Positions 9,827 to 21,209 are shown, numbered from the stretch's first letter. The stretch: 64,000 nt of DNA from Parcubacteria group bacterium CG08_land_8_20_14_0_20_48_21 (GCA_002774425.1 PEYJ01000011.1:35915-99914); one strand, 5' to 3'. A program made the numbers and translations. Notes: generated by a model not told the origin, from the letters alone.

Positions 9827-11074
9827 CTATTCGTATGTTACCTGATCCAGTGTACTCACCACTTCCAACCAGAGATGATCATACGGAAGCGACATTTCCT
9901 CTCCTCGCACATTCCTGATGCGAAGCTGCCCAGCCTGCTCCCGTACCCACGTCATTTTCGCCGCACGCCCATGGTAGAGTATAAGCGCGTCGCCCTCGCC
10001 TTCGGTGCGCAAACGTTTTCTGCCTATCGCGTCAATTGTTGCGATATCCGTTGCCTGCACGACGATAGTTCGGGCAATAAGCGGCTCACCTGTTGCGGCA
10101 TCGTACTGTTTTTCCCCTCCCTGACTTCTTTTATAGACACTTTGAGATGCATCGTAGAGCCACTCCACCTTGTATTCCGGAAAAGAGAAATCCAGTACTA
10201 CTTCCCGCACCTCATACGGTACGCAATCTCCACTTTTTTCGCCTGTTGCCTGTATTGCAACGGTAACCATTTTATTGCGGTCGCAAAATTTTGTGGACAA
10301 TGTGTCTGCAGCATAGGGTGCGTTTTGTGCAATAACATACCCTGATGTCTGGGGATACTCGGACGTATCGCTTCCATATATTTCATCAAAATACGCGGCA
10401 AATGCCGGATCTTCACGTACGAGGGTCGTGGAAGCCAGGCTAATGCTTTCTCCGTAATCGCTTAACGAAGGTATATCGGTAAACGTGTTATGCGGTCGTG
10501 GAATACGGGTGTCATGCCAAAAATAACCGCCCTGGTAAAATTCATTGATACTTGCAATGCCGTCTTTGGTAATTTGGGTAAGCGCCTCGGGACTGCCGCC
10601 CACGTGCGCCAGCAGCGCGCCATACCCTTGCGCCCAGTCTACAAAATAAGGGCGTGCGGAACGCACCGGACCGATCCGGTCAACGGTTGAGATCGCGTCA
10701 TCCAGGGCATAAAATGCCAGAAATCGCGTTACACCGCCTTCCGCAGGCGCCTCAATCACGAATAGCGAACCGGCAAGTCCCCATTGCGGGCGCGTAGGCG
10801 AAAAATTGTCTATGGAAATTGCCGCCAGTCGACCCATATACCAACGCACAGTAGATGTCGCAACTGCAGTATCATTAACGATTGCGACTCTAGCGTCCAC
10901 TGCTGACTCTGCCTCGGGTTGAGCTTTGCCCATTTTGCTGTCCAGTAACACGTATGCTCCTGCACATGCCACAAAAGCCCCGCCCAAAATGAGCAAGGTT
11001 TCTGTGCGAGAGAACGGGTTTATCCGCCAGTATCTATGCTTTTTTTGTTTCTCCCCCTTGCGTAGTTTCCGCAT
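9827..11074 (-). CDS. DUF3048-family secreted/membrane-anchored protein (YerB-like)
   Basis: N-terminal transmembrane helix, then ...ISIDNFSPTRPQWGLAGSLFVIEAPAEGGVTRFLAFYALDD...GPVRSARPYFVDWA, the DUF3048 pattern. Start placed at internal Met (MRKLRKG) and still overlaps the rplY 3' end by ~40 nt, so the true start may be further downstream. Confidence 0.55.
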   Translation of the reverse strand: MRKLRKGEKQKKHRYWRINPFSRTETLLILGGAFVACAGAYVLLDSKMGKAQPEAESAVDARVAIVNDTAVATSTVRWYMGRLAAISIDNFSPTRPQWGLAGSLFVIEAPAEGGVTRFLAFYALDDAISTVDRIGPVRSARPYFVDWAQGYGALLAHVGGSPEALTQITKDGIASINEFYQGGYFWHDTRIPRPHNTFTDIPSLSDYGESISLASTTLVREDPAFAAYFDEIYGSDTSEYPQTSGYVIAQNAPYAADTLSTKFCDRNKMVTVAIQATGEKSGDCVPYEVREVVLDFSFPEYKVEWLYDASQSVYKRSQGGEKQYDAATGEPLIARTIVVQATDIATIDAIGRKRLRTEGEGDALILYHGRAAKMTWVREQAGQLRIRNVRGEEMSLPYDHLWLEVVSTLDQVTYE

Positions 11075-11696
11075 GAGCGTCCTTTGACACTTCAGTGGCA
11101 GTTTCGGTCGCCGCGCCTTCCGCCGCTTTTTCTTCCTCCGCAACACTCGGCGCGGTAACCTGCACAATTACCTGTTTAGGATCTCCCGCAAGAGCGAGTC
11201 CTTCGGGCAGCGCCACATCTTCAGCATGAATAATTTTGTCAAATCCGTCTAAAACGCTCAAATCTACCTTGATCTCATGTACCAAATCCCTAGGAAGACA
11301 TACTACTTCCAAAAGCTCGGTCTGTTTTACCAAAATGCCGGCAAGCAGCTTCACCGCGGGAGCCTCACCGATAAATACCAAATTGATATCGGCGTAAATT
11401 TTTTCATCCATACGCACGCGGTACAAATCCACGTGTAGCACCGTTTCCGTGACTGGATGCCGCTGGACATCATAAATCAACGCGGTAACCGGCTCACCTC
11501 CATCGCTGGTAAGCTCAACAAGAGAGTTCCCGCCCGCTTGTGCGTATACCTTTTCAAATTCGGTTGCGGAAATCGCAATCATGATGGATTCAGCGCCACG
11601 CCCATAGAGTACCCCGGGTATGAGGTTTTTTGAACGAATATGCCCTAACGAGTCGGAGGTAACACGGGATGTTATGGAAAGATTGTAGGAAGACAT
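11034..11696 (-). CDS. rplY: 50S ribosomal protein L25 / general stress protein Ctc
   Basis: 220 aa. N-terminal L25 fold (RSKNLIPGVLYGRG...) plus a C-terminal beta-barrel domain and an acidic tail. Confidence 0.8.
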   Translation of the reverse strand: MSSYNLSITSRVTSDSLGHIRSKNLIPGVLYGRGAESIMIAISATEFEKVYAQAGGNSLVELTSDGGEPVTALIYDVQRHPVTETVLHVDLYRVRMDEKIYADINLVFIGEAPAVKLLAGILVKQTELLEVVCLPRDLVHEIKVDLSVLDGFDKIIHAEDVALPEGLALAGDPKQVIVQVTAPSVAEEEKAAEGAATETATEVSKDAHAETTQGGETKKA

Positions 11697-11788
11697 AGCT
11701 ATCGTACAACGTGAAGTTTGAAACTCGTAACTGGAAACGGCTATGGGTTTTTAAGTTATGAGTTATGCGTTATGAGTTAGCAGGAGCT

Positions 11789-11817
11789 ACCATATCCTAT
11801 TTTTTACCCATTGTCAA
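11789..11817 (-). promoter_or_regulatory. sigma-70-type promoter for rplY
   Basis: Minus strand TTGACA, a 17 nt spacer, then TATGGT, about 90 nt upstream of the rplY start. Confidence 0.5.
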
Positions 11818-11829
11818 CACACAACAAAA

Positions 11830-12954
11830 TTATCCTGCCAGCTCCGCAACACTCCATCGTTTTGAACGCATGTACATACTCTCTATAAGTCCGATGATGA
11901 TGAAGCTACTGACGAGCGAACTTCCGCCATAGCTGACAAAGGGCAGAGTGATGCCGGTTACGGGCAGCAGCCCCATATTCATACCAACGTTCACCGCCAG
12001 CTGCATGAGCAGGATAGCCAAGGTCCCAAGCACCATAAAGAGACCAAAATCATCGCGCGCGTACCGCAGTGCGGTTACTATGCGCCAAAATACCAACAAC
12101 CAAAAAGCAAAGAACACCAGCATGCCGATAAATCCAAGGTCCTCGGCCAATACGGAAAAAATAAAGTCCGTCTGCGCCTCCGGCAAAAATTTCAACTGGC
12201 TCTGCGAACCGAAGCTCACCCCCCTGCCAAAGAGCTTTCCTGACCCTACCGCTATGACCGATTGCGTTATGTTATATCCGGAACCAAGCGGATCTCGTGC
12301 AGGATCCAGAAATGTTAATACCCGATCTTTCTGGTAGTCTGCAAAAAGAAAAAACCATCCGGCGGCAAAAGCGGCAAGCAGGCATACGGCAAACAGCAGT
12401 ATATATTTTTTACGAATACCCGTAACGAGCAATAGCATCATCCATACGCCCCCAAACAGCATCGCGGATCCGAAATCAGGCTGGAGCAAAATGAGGCAGA
12501 GTATGATACTCACCGCAAGAACGTTCAGCGCCATATACCGCAGCATGTTGATAAATCTCGCATACAAACTCTCAAACGCCGCCAAAAACAACAGGAAGCC
12601 GACCTTGGCAAACTCAACCGGCTGAAACTGCTGGTCGGCAACCACAAACCATCCGGTCGTGCCACGTATGGTCGCACCGAATATAAGTACGGCGCCGAGT
12701 AGCGCCACGATTCCCGCATAAATCCAGATGCTGTACAGCCGCCATATGCGATAATCCAGAAAGCTCATCGCAATGCAGACCGCAATACCCACGCCACCGA
12801 AAATGAGATGTCTGATGAGATACGTGTAATTATTTTCCGCTCCCGCAAGCGCAACGCTGTAGAGTGCCAGCAATCCGAACCCCCACAACACCAACACACC
12901 GGCAAACAACAGCCAGTCAAAAGTTTTGAAACCTTGGCGCAGTGAGAGACGCAT
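11830..12954 (-). CDS. SEDS-family peptidoglycan polymerase (RodA/FtsW)
   Basis: 374 aa, polytopic. LPEAQTDFIFSVLAEDLGFIG and MNMGLLPVTGITLPFVSYGGSSL are SEDS signatures. Confidence 0.85.
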   Translation of the reverse strand: MRLSLRQGFKTFDWLLFAGVLVLWGFGLLALYSVALAGAENNYTYLIRHLIFGGVGIAVCIAMSFLDYRIWRLYSIWIYAGIVALLGAVLIFGATIRGTTGWFVVADQQFQPVEFAKVGFLLFLAAFESLYARFINMLRYMALNVLAVSIILCLILLQPDFGSAMLFGGVWMMLLLVTGIRKKYILLFAVCLLAAFAAGWFFLFADYQKDRVLTFLDPARDPLGSGYNITQSVIAVGSGKLFGRGVSFGSQSQLKFLPEAQTDFIFSVLAEDLGFIGMLVFFAFWLLVFWRIVTALRYARDDFGLFMVLGTLAILLMQLAVNVGMNMGLLPVTGITLPFVSYGGSSLVSSFIIIGLIESMYMRSKRWSVAELAG

Positions 12955-13095
12955 ACGATCAACCTACCACACACAACCACGATACACAAACCATGTACCA
13001 TAACGCTACCTCTAAGCCACGAGTGTAGAGCGCAGCGCACTATGATCCCGGCATCACGCATGATCCCATCTCCTCTGTCTGTCGTGACGTGCGTA

Positions 13096-13914
13096 CTACT
13101 CTTCCACGCCAAAAATACCATTTCTTCCCGTCCAGTAGCTTTCGGGATTCAAGATGTCAATTTCAGGTTCAATCCGTATGCTATCAAATCGATTCCGAAT
13201 CCCAAACCAGCTCACCACTTGCGTTGTTGCTTTCCCGGACACCAAGGGGGAAACCACTTTACGCTGCAAGGCAACGGGACGGTCGTCCCGTATGCCGATG
13301 ATCAAGAACCCTACTTCCCAATAATCAAATATGGAGTTGTTCACTGCGGTATAGGTGACGCGGCTCACGACCAACGAACTGTTTTCATGGAGCTGCGCGG
13401 GCGGCGCATACACCAAATCTTTAATGGTAATCTTCTGCCGATCCCCGGCCCAGGCAGCATAGTCGGAAATATCGTGGTTTGAAACATGCGTCCAATCAAG
13501 ACGATCGAAGACAAGGATAACGGTTGCGGCATCTTTGGGCAGGGTGAGTGAAAATCCTGTAAGTGTTTTTTCTTCTCCGGGAAGCGTAAACCCTTCAAAT
13601 ACCGGCGAATTGTAGTCGCCCAGAGAAAAATGATATGAAAATCTTGCATACCAGCGATCGTTGGGATTTGCAACACTTGCGAAAGCATCCGCACTTTCTT
13701 CATTTTCCACGATACCAACGGAGGTGACATTGAGATCCTGTGCGCTGATCTTGGACGCATAATCCCTATGCACCATGCCCGACACTGCAAGTTGCTGTTC
13801 CCATGCGATAGTTTGCTTGCGCTGCAACACGAAGTAATCCACCAGTCCGTAGATACCATTCAGCAGCAGACCTGTGGCAATCGCCAAAAATAGACCACTT
13901 CCCAGCCTCTTCAT
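13096..13914 (-). CDS. hypothetical membrane-anchored protein (one N-terminal transmembrane helix, large extracytoplasmic domain)
   Basis: Long ORF. Start placed at MKRLGSGLFLAIATGLLL (transmembrane). No recognisable motifs. Confidence 0.5.
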   Translation of the reverse strand: MKRLGSGLFLAIATGLLLNGIYGLVDYFVLQRKQTIAWEQQLAVSGMVHRDYASKISAQDLNVTSVGIVENEESADAFASVANPNDRWYARFSYHFSLGDYNSPVFEGFTLPGEEKTLTGFSLTLPKDAATVILVFDRLDWTHVSNHDISDYAAWAGDRQKITIKDLVYAPPAQLHENSSLVVSRVTYTAVNNSIFDYWEVGFLIIGIRDDRPVALQRKVVSPLVSGKATTQVVSWFGIRNRFDSIRIEPEIDILNPESYWTGRNGIFGVEE

Positions 13915-14128
13915 CTGCAAACGATGCGTAGTGATCCAGTAGCCAATGGCCAGCTGCTTATTGCCGACTTCATGGGGTTGGTAGGAGGGCATAGAAATCA
14001 CCAACAACGTGCGACGGACAACCTTAGGTTTATGGGATATGGTTGTGGATTGTATGTTGTTGGTCGTAGATTATTACATTATATCAAAAAGTATGATTTT
14101 TTACCATGAATTTTCAACAGACAGACCC

Positions 14129-14157
14129 TTGTTTACCCGGGTATTGTCTGCTACACT
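14129..14157 (+). promoter_or_regulatory. possible promoter for gyrB
   Basis: TTGTTT, a 17 nt spacer, then TACACT, about 35 nt upstream of gyrB. Confidence 0.3.
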
Positions 14158-14163
14158 CACTAG

Positions 14164-16269
<2,106 letters not shown>

Positions 16270-16391
16270 TATCTTGAAATATATGGTCTGACTCTTGAAG
16301 TATTTTTTCTGATTGTGCCAACATAATTTCTTTTGGTGTTTCAAGTTTCAAGGTTAACGCTGCACGTTTCATGTTCCACGACAAAAGGGTC

Positions 16392-16420
16392 TTGCATAGT
16401 ATGCCGATATCCTGTATACT
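16392..16420 (+). promoter_or_regulatory. sigma-70 consensus-like promoter for secE-nusG-rplKA
   Basis: TTGCAT, a 17 nt spacer, then TATACT. A CCGCCC-GA-GGGCGG hairpin plus TTTT (16437-16454) follows between the predicted start site and secE. Confidence 0.55.
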
Positions 16421-16468
16421 GTGCACAGTACCAATTCCGCCCGAGGGCGGTTTTAAAAACCACGAAAT

Positions 16469-16678
16469 ATGAAGCTTACTTTACCTGAAAATAAGATAAT
16501 TTCCTACCTACGCTCATCCTACATAGAGCTTAAAAAAGTAACGTGGCCAACACCCAAAGAAACGAGAAACTACACGCTGCTCGTTATCGGCATCAGTGTG
16601 GCTGTCGCGGCTTTTTTAGGGTTGTTGGATTTCATTTTCACGATCGGACTTGAAAAACTCATCTCTCTGAAGGGTTAA
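16469..16678 (+). CDS. secE: preprotein translocase subunit SecE
   Basis: 69 aa with a single C-terminal transmembrane helix and KVTWPT motif. Sits upstream of nusG. Confidence 0.85.
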   Translation: MKLTLPENKIISYLRSSYIELKKVTWPTPKETRNYTLLVIGISVAVAAFLGLLDFIFTIGLEKLISLKG

Positions 16679-16795
16679 TGACCTGCTGCCCTCAATAACC
16701 GCGCAACCGAAACGAAATTCAACTCATCTCGCTACTGTATACTTTCACGAAAGGCGGATCAGCCTCCGGCTGAACTTCCTGCAAGCTATCACTCT

Positions 16796-17341
16796 ATGCC
16801 CAGACAAACCGCACAACATGGACGAAGATGGTATGTACTCCATACCTATTCCGGCTATGAAGAAAGCGTTGCGCGCAACCTACACCAACGTATTGAAACC
16901 CTTGACATGCAAGATAAAATTTTTGAGGTGCTCATTCCAACCGAAAAGAAAATAAAGATCAAAAACGGCAAACGCAAGGTGGTGGAAGAAAAAATATTTC
17001 CTGGCTACGTCCTTGTGCAAATGATCGTTGCGGATGATTCGTGGTACGTCGTGCGCAATACGCCGCATGTAACCGGTTTTATCGGCAGCGGCAATACGCC
17101 AACCCCGATTTCCGACGAAGAAGTGAGGGGACTCCAGAAACGCATGGGCGTGGAAGAACCAAAGTTCACGATTGATATTGAGGAAGATACGCCGGTTAAG
17201 ATCACGGACGGTCCGTTCAAAAACTTTGAGGGTAAAGTTGAGGAGGTTGACACGGCTCGTGGAAAGATTAAAGTACTGGTGTCCATGTTCGGCCGCGAAA
17301 CGCCAGTTGAGCTGGACTTCCTGCAAATTAAGAAAATTTAA
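16796..17341 (+). CDS. nusG: transcription termination/antitermination factor NusG
   Basis: 181 aa. N-terminal NGN domain WYVLHTYSGYE and a C-terminal KOW domain. Confidence 0.9.
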   Translation: MPRQTAQHGRRWYVLHTYSGYEESVARNLHQRIETLDMQDKIFEVLIPTEKKIKIKNGKRKVVEEKIFPGYVLVQMIVADDSWYVVRNTPHVTGFIGSGNTPTPISDEEVRGLQKRMGVEEPKFTIDIEEDTPVKITDGPFKNFEGKVEEVDTARGKIKVLVSMFGRETPVELDFLQIKKI

Positions 17342-17359
17342 ATTACTACATACTATACG

Positions 17360-17386
17360 GTCATTCCGTATCAAGTGCGGAATGAC
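17360..17386 (+). promoter_or_regulatory. perfect 9 bp hairpin immediately upstream of rplK (possible autoregulatory or attenuator structure)
   Basis: GTCATTCCG-tatcaagtg-CGGAATGAC, 11 nt before the rplK ATG. No SD or T-run. Confidence 0.3.
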
Positions 17387-17397
17387 ATCCGACTCCT

Positions 17398-17823
17398 ATG
17401 GCAAAACCAATCAAGGCACTCGTCAAACTCCAAATTGTCGGCGGACAGGCAACACCAGCACCCCCTGTAGGTACGGCCTTGGGACCTCATGGTGTCAATA
17501 TGCAGGAGTTCTGCACAAAGTTTAACGATGCGACAAAAAGTCGCATGGGTGAGGTTGTGCCGATTGTCATGACCATCTTTGAGGACCGCACCTTTACGTT
17601 TGTGCTCAAAACCGCACCTGCATCCGAGATGCTCAAAAAAGCCGCGGGCATCAAGAAAGGTTCCGGAAATCCCTTATTAAATAAAGTTGGTAAGGTAACA
17701 AAAGCACAGGTTAAAGAAATTGCCGAAGCGAAAATGCCAGACTTGAACGCTCATACGGTTGATGCCGCTATGAAAATTGTGGAAGGAACCGCGCGGCAGA
17801 TGGGATTGGAGGTTACTGAATAA
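17398..17823 (+). CDS. rplK: 50S ribosomal protein L11
   Basis: 141 aa; [23 protein letters not shown]. Confidence 0.95.
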   Translation: MAKPIKALVKLQIVGGQATPAPPVGTALGPHGVNMQEFCTKFNDATKSRMGEVVPIVMTIFEDRTFTFVLKTAPASEMLKKAAGIKKGSGNPLLNKVGKVTKAQVKEIAEAKMPDLNAHTVDAAMKIVEGTARQMGLEVTE

Positions 17824-17885
17824 GTGTTTATTTTGTGGGAGTCCCCCAGTCAACGGGACGTTCGCACCACGCAATATGTTTTTGT

Positions 17886-18563
17886 ATGACGCAACATTCC
17901 AAGCGCTTTGTGGAAAGCGCAAAAAAGGTGGACGCAAAAAAAACGTACATTCCTGACGAAGCGATAAAGCTCGCAAAAGAAACGTCAACGGTCAAATTTG
18001 ACGCGTCCGTTGAAGTACATGCACGGCTCGGTATTGATCCGAAAAAAGGTGAGCAGCAGGTGCGCGCAACGGTTACACTGCCCCATGGCACAGGTAAGAC
18101 CGCGCGGATTTGCGCATTCGTTGCAAATGATGCGGATGCAAAAGCCGCGGGAGCTGACATTGTTGGCGGCGAAGAACTGATCGCCGAAATCAAAAAGACC
18201 GAAAAGATAGATTGCGATGTCGCCATCGCCACGCCCGACATGATGCCTAAGTTGGCTGCTATTGCGCGGGTATTGGGACCCCGCGGGCTCATGCCATCCC
18301 CCAAGAACGATACCGTAACCACCGATGTGAAAAAAACAATTGAAGCGCTAAAAAAAGGCAAGATTGCCTTTAAGAACGATGGCACCGCAAACGTACACCA
18401 GATTATCGGCAAGGCGTCCTTCACGGAAAAGCAGTTATTGGAAAACTACGAAACGTTCATGGATGCAATCACAAAAGCCAAACCCTCGGCAAGTAAAGGC
18501 GTGTATATCAAGAGTGTCGTCGTAACCACTACCATGGGTCCGGGGATAAAAGTGCAAACGTAG
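17886..18563 (+). CDS. rplA: 50S ribosomal protein L1
   Basis: Start set at MTQHSKRF... (the ORF track begins 17 codons earlier). Conserved L1 core. Confidence 0.9.
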   Translation: MTQHSKRFVESAKKVDAKKTYIPDEAIKLAKETSTVKFDASVEVHARLGIDPKKGEQQVRATVTLPHGTGKTARICAFVANDADAKAAGADIVGGEELIAEIKKTEKIDCDVAIATPDMMPKLAAIARVLGPRGLMPSPKNDTVTTDVKKTIEALKKGKIAFKNDGTANVHQIIGKASFTEKQLLENYETFMDAITKAKPSASKGVYIKSVVVTTTMGPGIKVQT

Positions 18564-18595
18564 GGAAGATGCGGATATAGTGAAAATCCTGAATG

Positions 18596-18624
18596 TTGAC
18601 AATAGTAAAAATCTGTACTATAGT
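18596..18624 (+). promoter_or_regulatory. consensus sigma-70 promoter
   Basis: TTGACA, a 17 nt spacer, then TATAGT, upstream of the small membrane-protein gene. A strong SD (AGGAGG) precedes its ATG. Confidence 0.6.
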
Positions 18625-18670
18625 ATGGTACAGATTTTTTGCTCTTTAACTCTTTCTTTAGGAGGAAAAT

Positions 18671-18904
18671 ATGAAAGGGGTTCGTAAGATGTTCAACGCT
18701 CTTTTGCCATGTTGCTTCATCATGAGCATGGCATTAACCCTGCTGGTATTCGTCGCAATGTTCGTGACTACTAGCAAAAGTCCGGGAGAAGCCCTGTATC
18801 TGGTCATGTACATGACCAGATCATTACCATTGCTGATGGCAATGGTAATGACGAGTGTTGTTGCGGGACTTGCACTCGTGTTCCGTAAAAGAATTTTCTC
18901 CTAA
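18671..18904 (+). CDS. small hydrophobic protein, 2 predicted transmembrane helices, unknown function
   Basis: 77 aa with its own consensus promoter, an AGGAGG SD and a downstream terminator. Confidence 0.5.
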   Translation: MKGVRKMFNALLPCCFIMSMALTLLVFVAMFVTTSKSPGEALYLVMYMTRSLPLLMAMVMTSVVAGLALVFRKRIFS

Positions 18905-18921
18905 CCTTCCCTCGCCCCAAC

Positions 18922-18956
18922 CCGCCAAGTAGCTTCTCGCGAACGGCGGTTTTTTC
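18922..18956 (+). terminator. intrinsic terminator (convergent with thyX-like gene)
   Basis: CCGCC...GGCGG stem followed by TTTTTTC. Confidence 0.45.
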
Positions 18957-18972
18957 TTTTCTCCCGCACTTC

Positions 18973-20271
18973 TCACTTACTACCCTTTTCTTTAATGTCC
19001 TGCAATCCCCTGCGGACATCCCAGTCGTCCGGATCGGTATCGGCATGTATGACTAGCTTGGGAAATTGTTGCTTGAGCGCGTGGTGCATTTGATGCGCCA
19101 CGGTACGCAACGTCGGGTGTACCGTTTTTCCGGAACGCAGCTCTATCACGTACACCATCGGCGGAAGTCCGTAGGTAACGCGGCAGGGCACCCGATAGCC
19201 CATTGCGTGATAATATTGCGCCTCATTTTCATCAGCATGCAATTGCTCAACGGCCTCTTTTTGTTGCACCACAAGATTCTCCGCTTCTTTTCGCGCAGCA
19301 ACGGGAAGTTGTTCCACATACCACGGATGAAAACCGAATCGCGTAGTCAAAAGTGGCATGCGGCACACGCCGTTGCGGTGGCGTTGAATATCGCGGAATG
19401 ATCCGAAATCCAGCAGAAAATCAAAGGTGCACTGCCCGAGTTCCGTCAAAAAATGTGGTAGCCCAACATGTGGCGGGCGCATGGTTGTAATATCCCTATA
19501 TTGTTCCAATGCATGCGCATCAATAGTGGTGTGCAAAGCAAAATCAGGATACTGTTCAGGATTGAAATAGTTGTAGCGCCGCGCAACCGTATCACGATAC
19601 TGTTCCTGGTCTGCATACAATTCATGGCTGAAGCTGTGCGCGTATTTTTCCTTTAATTGTGTATGTATCTCTGCGGCAACCTCGCGCACTTCAGTAAGCG
19701 GATGGTGACGCAAAATGGCGAGCTTGTCCCACGCCTGGCGCAAATTGGTATGCCAGCTCAATTGCGTCATTATACCCGCGGGCAAAAAGCCGCGCAATAT
19801 ATCAAACGAACGCGCATTGATGGCGCGCTCATACACCTTTATATCCTCACCGTCTTTTCGCGGATACTTCTCCCGAATATGTGCACGGACCGCTTCCTGA
19901 CTGCCGAGGTAAAATGCCACCCACGTATCCAGTATCGCTTTGGAATTTTTGGTGCCAACCGGATCGGTTATCGCCTGCTGCGACATGTCAATATAGCGCG
20001 TGCTGGTCTCCTGCCCCGCGTAGAGCGGCCAATCCTGCACAGCTTTGGCAACGAGCGTGCTCACCCCCTCAATAAAGATGGTTGTGCTGCCGCAATCCGC
20101 AATGCTTAAGTGACCATAGCCAACATAAAACCGTTCCATGAATTTTCCTGAACCGGCTTCCTGCACCTTTTGGGCATGCACCTCCACGCTCTGCGCGCTG
20201 CGGGAATAAAGCGCTTGCATCATTGCCGTATCCTGCGGCGCAAATTTATCGTAGACGAATATTTTTGGCAT
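18973..20271 (-). CDS. ThyX-like (Thy1-family) thymidylate synthase, apparent tandem duplication
   Basis: 432 aa. Second half has FRDIQRHRNGVCRMPLLTTRF (RHR motif). First half has VQDWPLYAGQETSTRY aligning to the ThyX RHR-x7-SGRY block, with RHR replaced by DWP. Neighbours are dcd, dut and tmk. Confidence 0.5.
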   Translation of the reverse strand: MPKIFVYDKFAPQDTAMMQALYSRSAQSVEVHAQKVQEAGSGKFMERFYVGYGHLSIADCGSTTIFIEGVSTLVAKAVQDWPLYAGQETSTRYIDMSQQAITDPVGTKNSKAILDTWVAFYLGSQEAVRAHIREKYPRKDGEDIKVYERAINARSFDILRGFLPAGIMTQLSWHTNLRQAWDKLAILRHHPLTEVREVAAEIHTQLKEKYAHSFSHELYADQEQYRDTVARRYNYFNPEQYPDFALHTTIDAHALEQYRDITTMRPPHVGLPHFLTELGQCTFDFLLDFGSFRDIQRHRNGVCRMPLLTTRFGFHPWYVEQLPVAARKEAENLVVQQKEAVEQLHADENEAQYYHAMGYRVPCRVTYGLPPMVYVIELRSGKTVHPTLRTVAHQMHHALKQQFPKLVIHADTDPDDWDVRRGLQDIKEKGSK

Positions 20272-20360
20272 GTTATGGAGAAATAATTTTTACAAAAGGT
20301 ATAATGCTACATACCGTGCTTTTTGCAAGTATACCAGCACCATACCCTAGAGCGCAACTG

Positions 20361-20389
20361 TTGACCCAACCCAACACGTCTGATATTGT
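20361..20389 (+). promoter_or_regulatory. sigma-70-type promoter for dcd
   Basis: TTGACC, a 17 nt spacer, then TATTGT, about 30 nt upstream of the dcd ATG. Confidence 0.45.
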
Positions 20390-20417
20390 AAAGATGCTAT
20401 ATCTAATCCAATTTTTT

Positions 20418-21170
20418 ATGATTCTCTCGGACGCCGATATTAAAAAAGCCATGGAAGACGGGCAAATTAGCGTGAAACCCTTATTTCCTAACGCTGTGCA
20501 GCCGGCAAGTATTGACTTGCACCTTGACCGGTATTTTCTTATTTTTGATACCTCCTACCATCACGTGATTGATATCAAGAATCCGGTGGACGATCTCATG
20601 CGGGAAATTGAGATCAACGACGAACGGCCGTTCGTGCTGCACCCGGGCGAGTTTGCGCTTGGCTCCACCTTTGAAGAAGTTGGCGTTGCAGATGATATGG
20701 TGGGGAGGTTGGAAGGCAAGAGCTCGCTCGGACGCCTCGGCATTATCATTCACGCAACTGCCGGCTATCTGGACCCGGGCAATAAACTTCACATGACGCT
20801 GGAGCTCCACAACATCGGCACGCTGCCGGTAAAGCTGTACTACAAAATGCCTATCGCGCAGATGTCGTTTTCTCCGCTTTCTTCCCGAGCGGAAAAGCCG
20901 TACGGCATTAAAGCAAATAGTAAATATTTCGGTGCGTCAAAACCGCAGGCAAGCGCAATGTACCGGGATTTTATTCAGGAAAAACCTGTTGTCGCTGCGG
21001 CGCCAATACTATCCGTACCACAACCGGAAACTTCATTTACTCCGGAAGCCAAACCGCTCGTGACCGAAATGCAGTCAGGTCCAACACCTATAAGCGAAAT
21101 TTTGAAAGAAAAGAGCGAGGCAGCCGTAAGACCTAAAACACGCGCCACGCTCATTCCGCCCCTCCTGTAA
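20418..21170 (+). CDS. dcd: dCTP deaminase with ~90 aa low-complexity C-terminal extension
   Basis: Start set at MILSDADIKKAMEDGQI (a canonical dcd N-terminus; the ORF track starts 65 codons earlier). ASIDLHL and GRLEGKSSLGRLG motifs. Confidence 0.85.
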   Translation: MILSDADIKKAMEDGQISVKPLFPNAVQPASIDLHLDRYFLIFDTSYHHVIDIKNPVDDLMREIEINDERPFVLHPGEFALGSTFEEVGVADDMVGRLEGKSSLGRLGIIIHATAGYLDPGNKLHMTLELHNIGTLPVKLYYKMPIAQMSFSPLSSRAEKPYGIKANSKYFGASKPQASAMYRDFIQEKPVVAAAPILSVPQPETSFTPEAKPLVTEMQSGPTPISEILKEKSEAAVRPKTRATLIPPLL

Positions 21171-21209
21171 CTTACAGGAGGCAGTTTGGGGAAACACGAA
21201 AAAATTTAC

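Noticed and set aside
16437-16454. Hairpin plus T-run between the secE promoter and the secE start, as a gyrB terminator
   Set aside because: It lies downstream of the secE -10 element, so it is more likely a leader attenuator or start-site-proximal structure. It is kept only as a note within the promoter feature.
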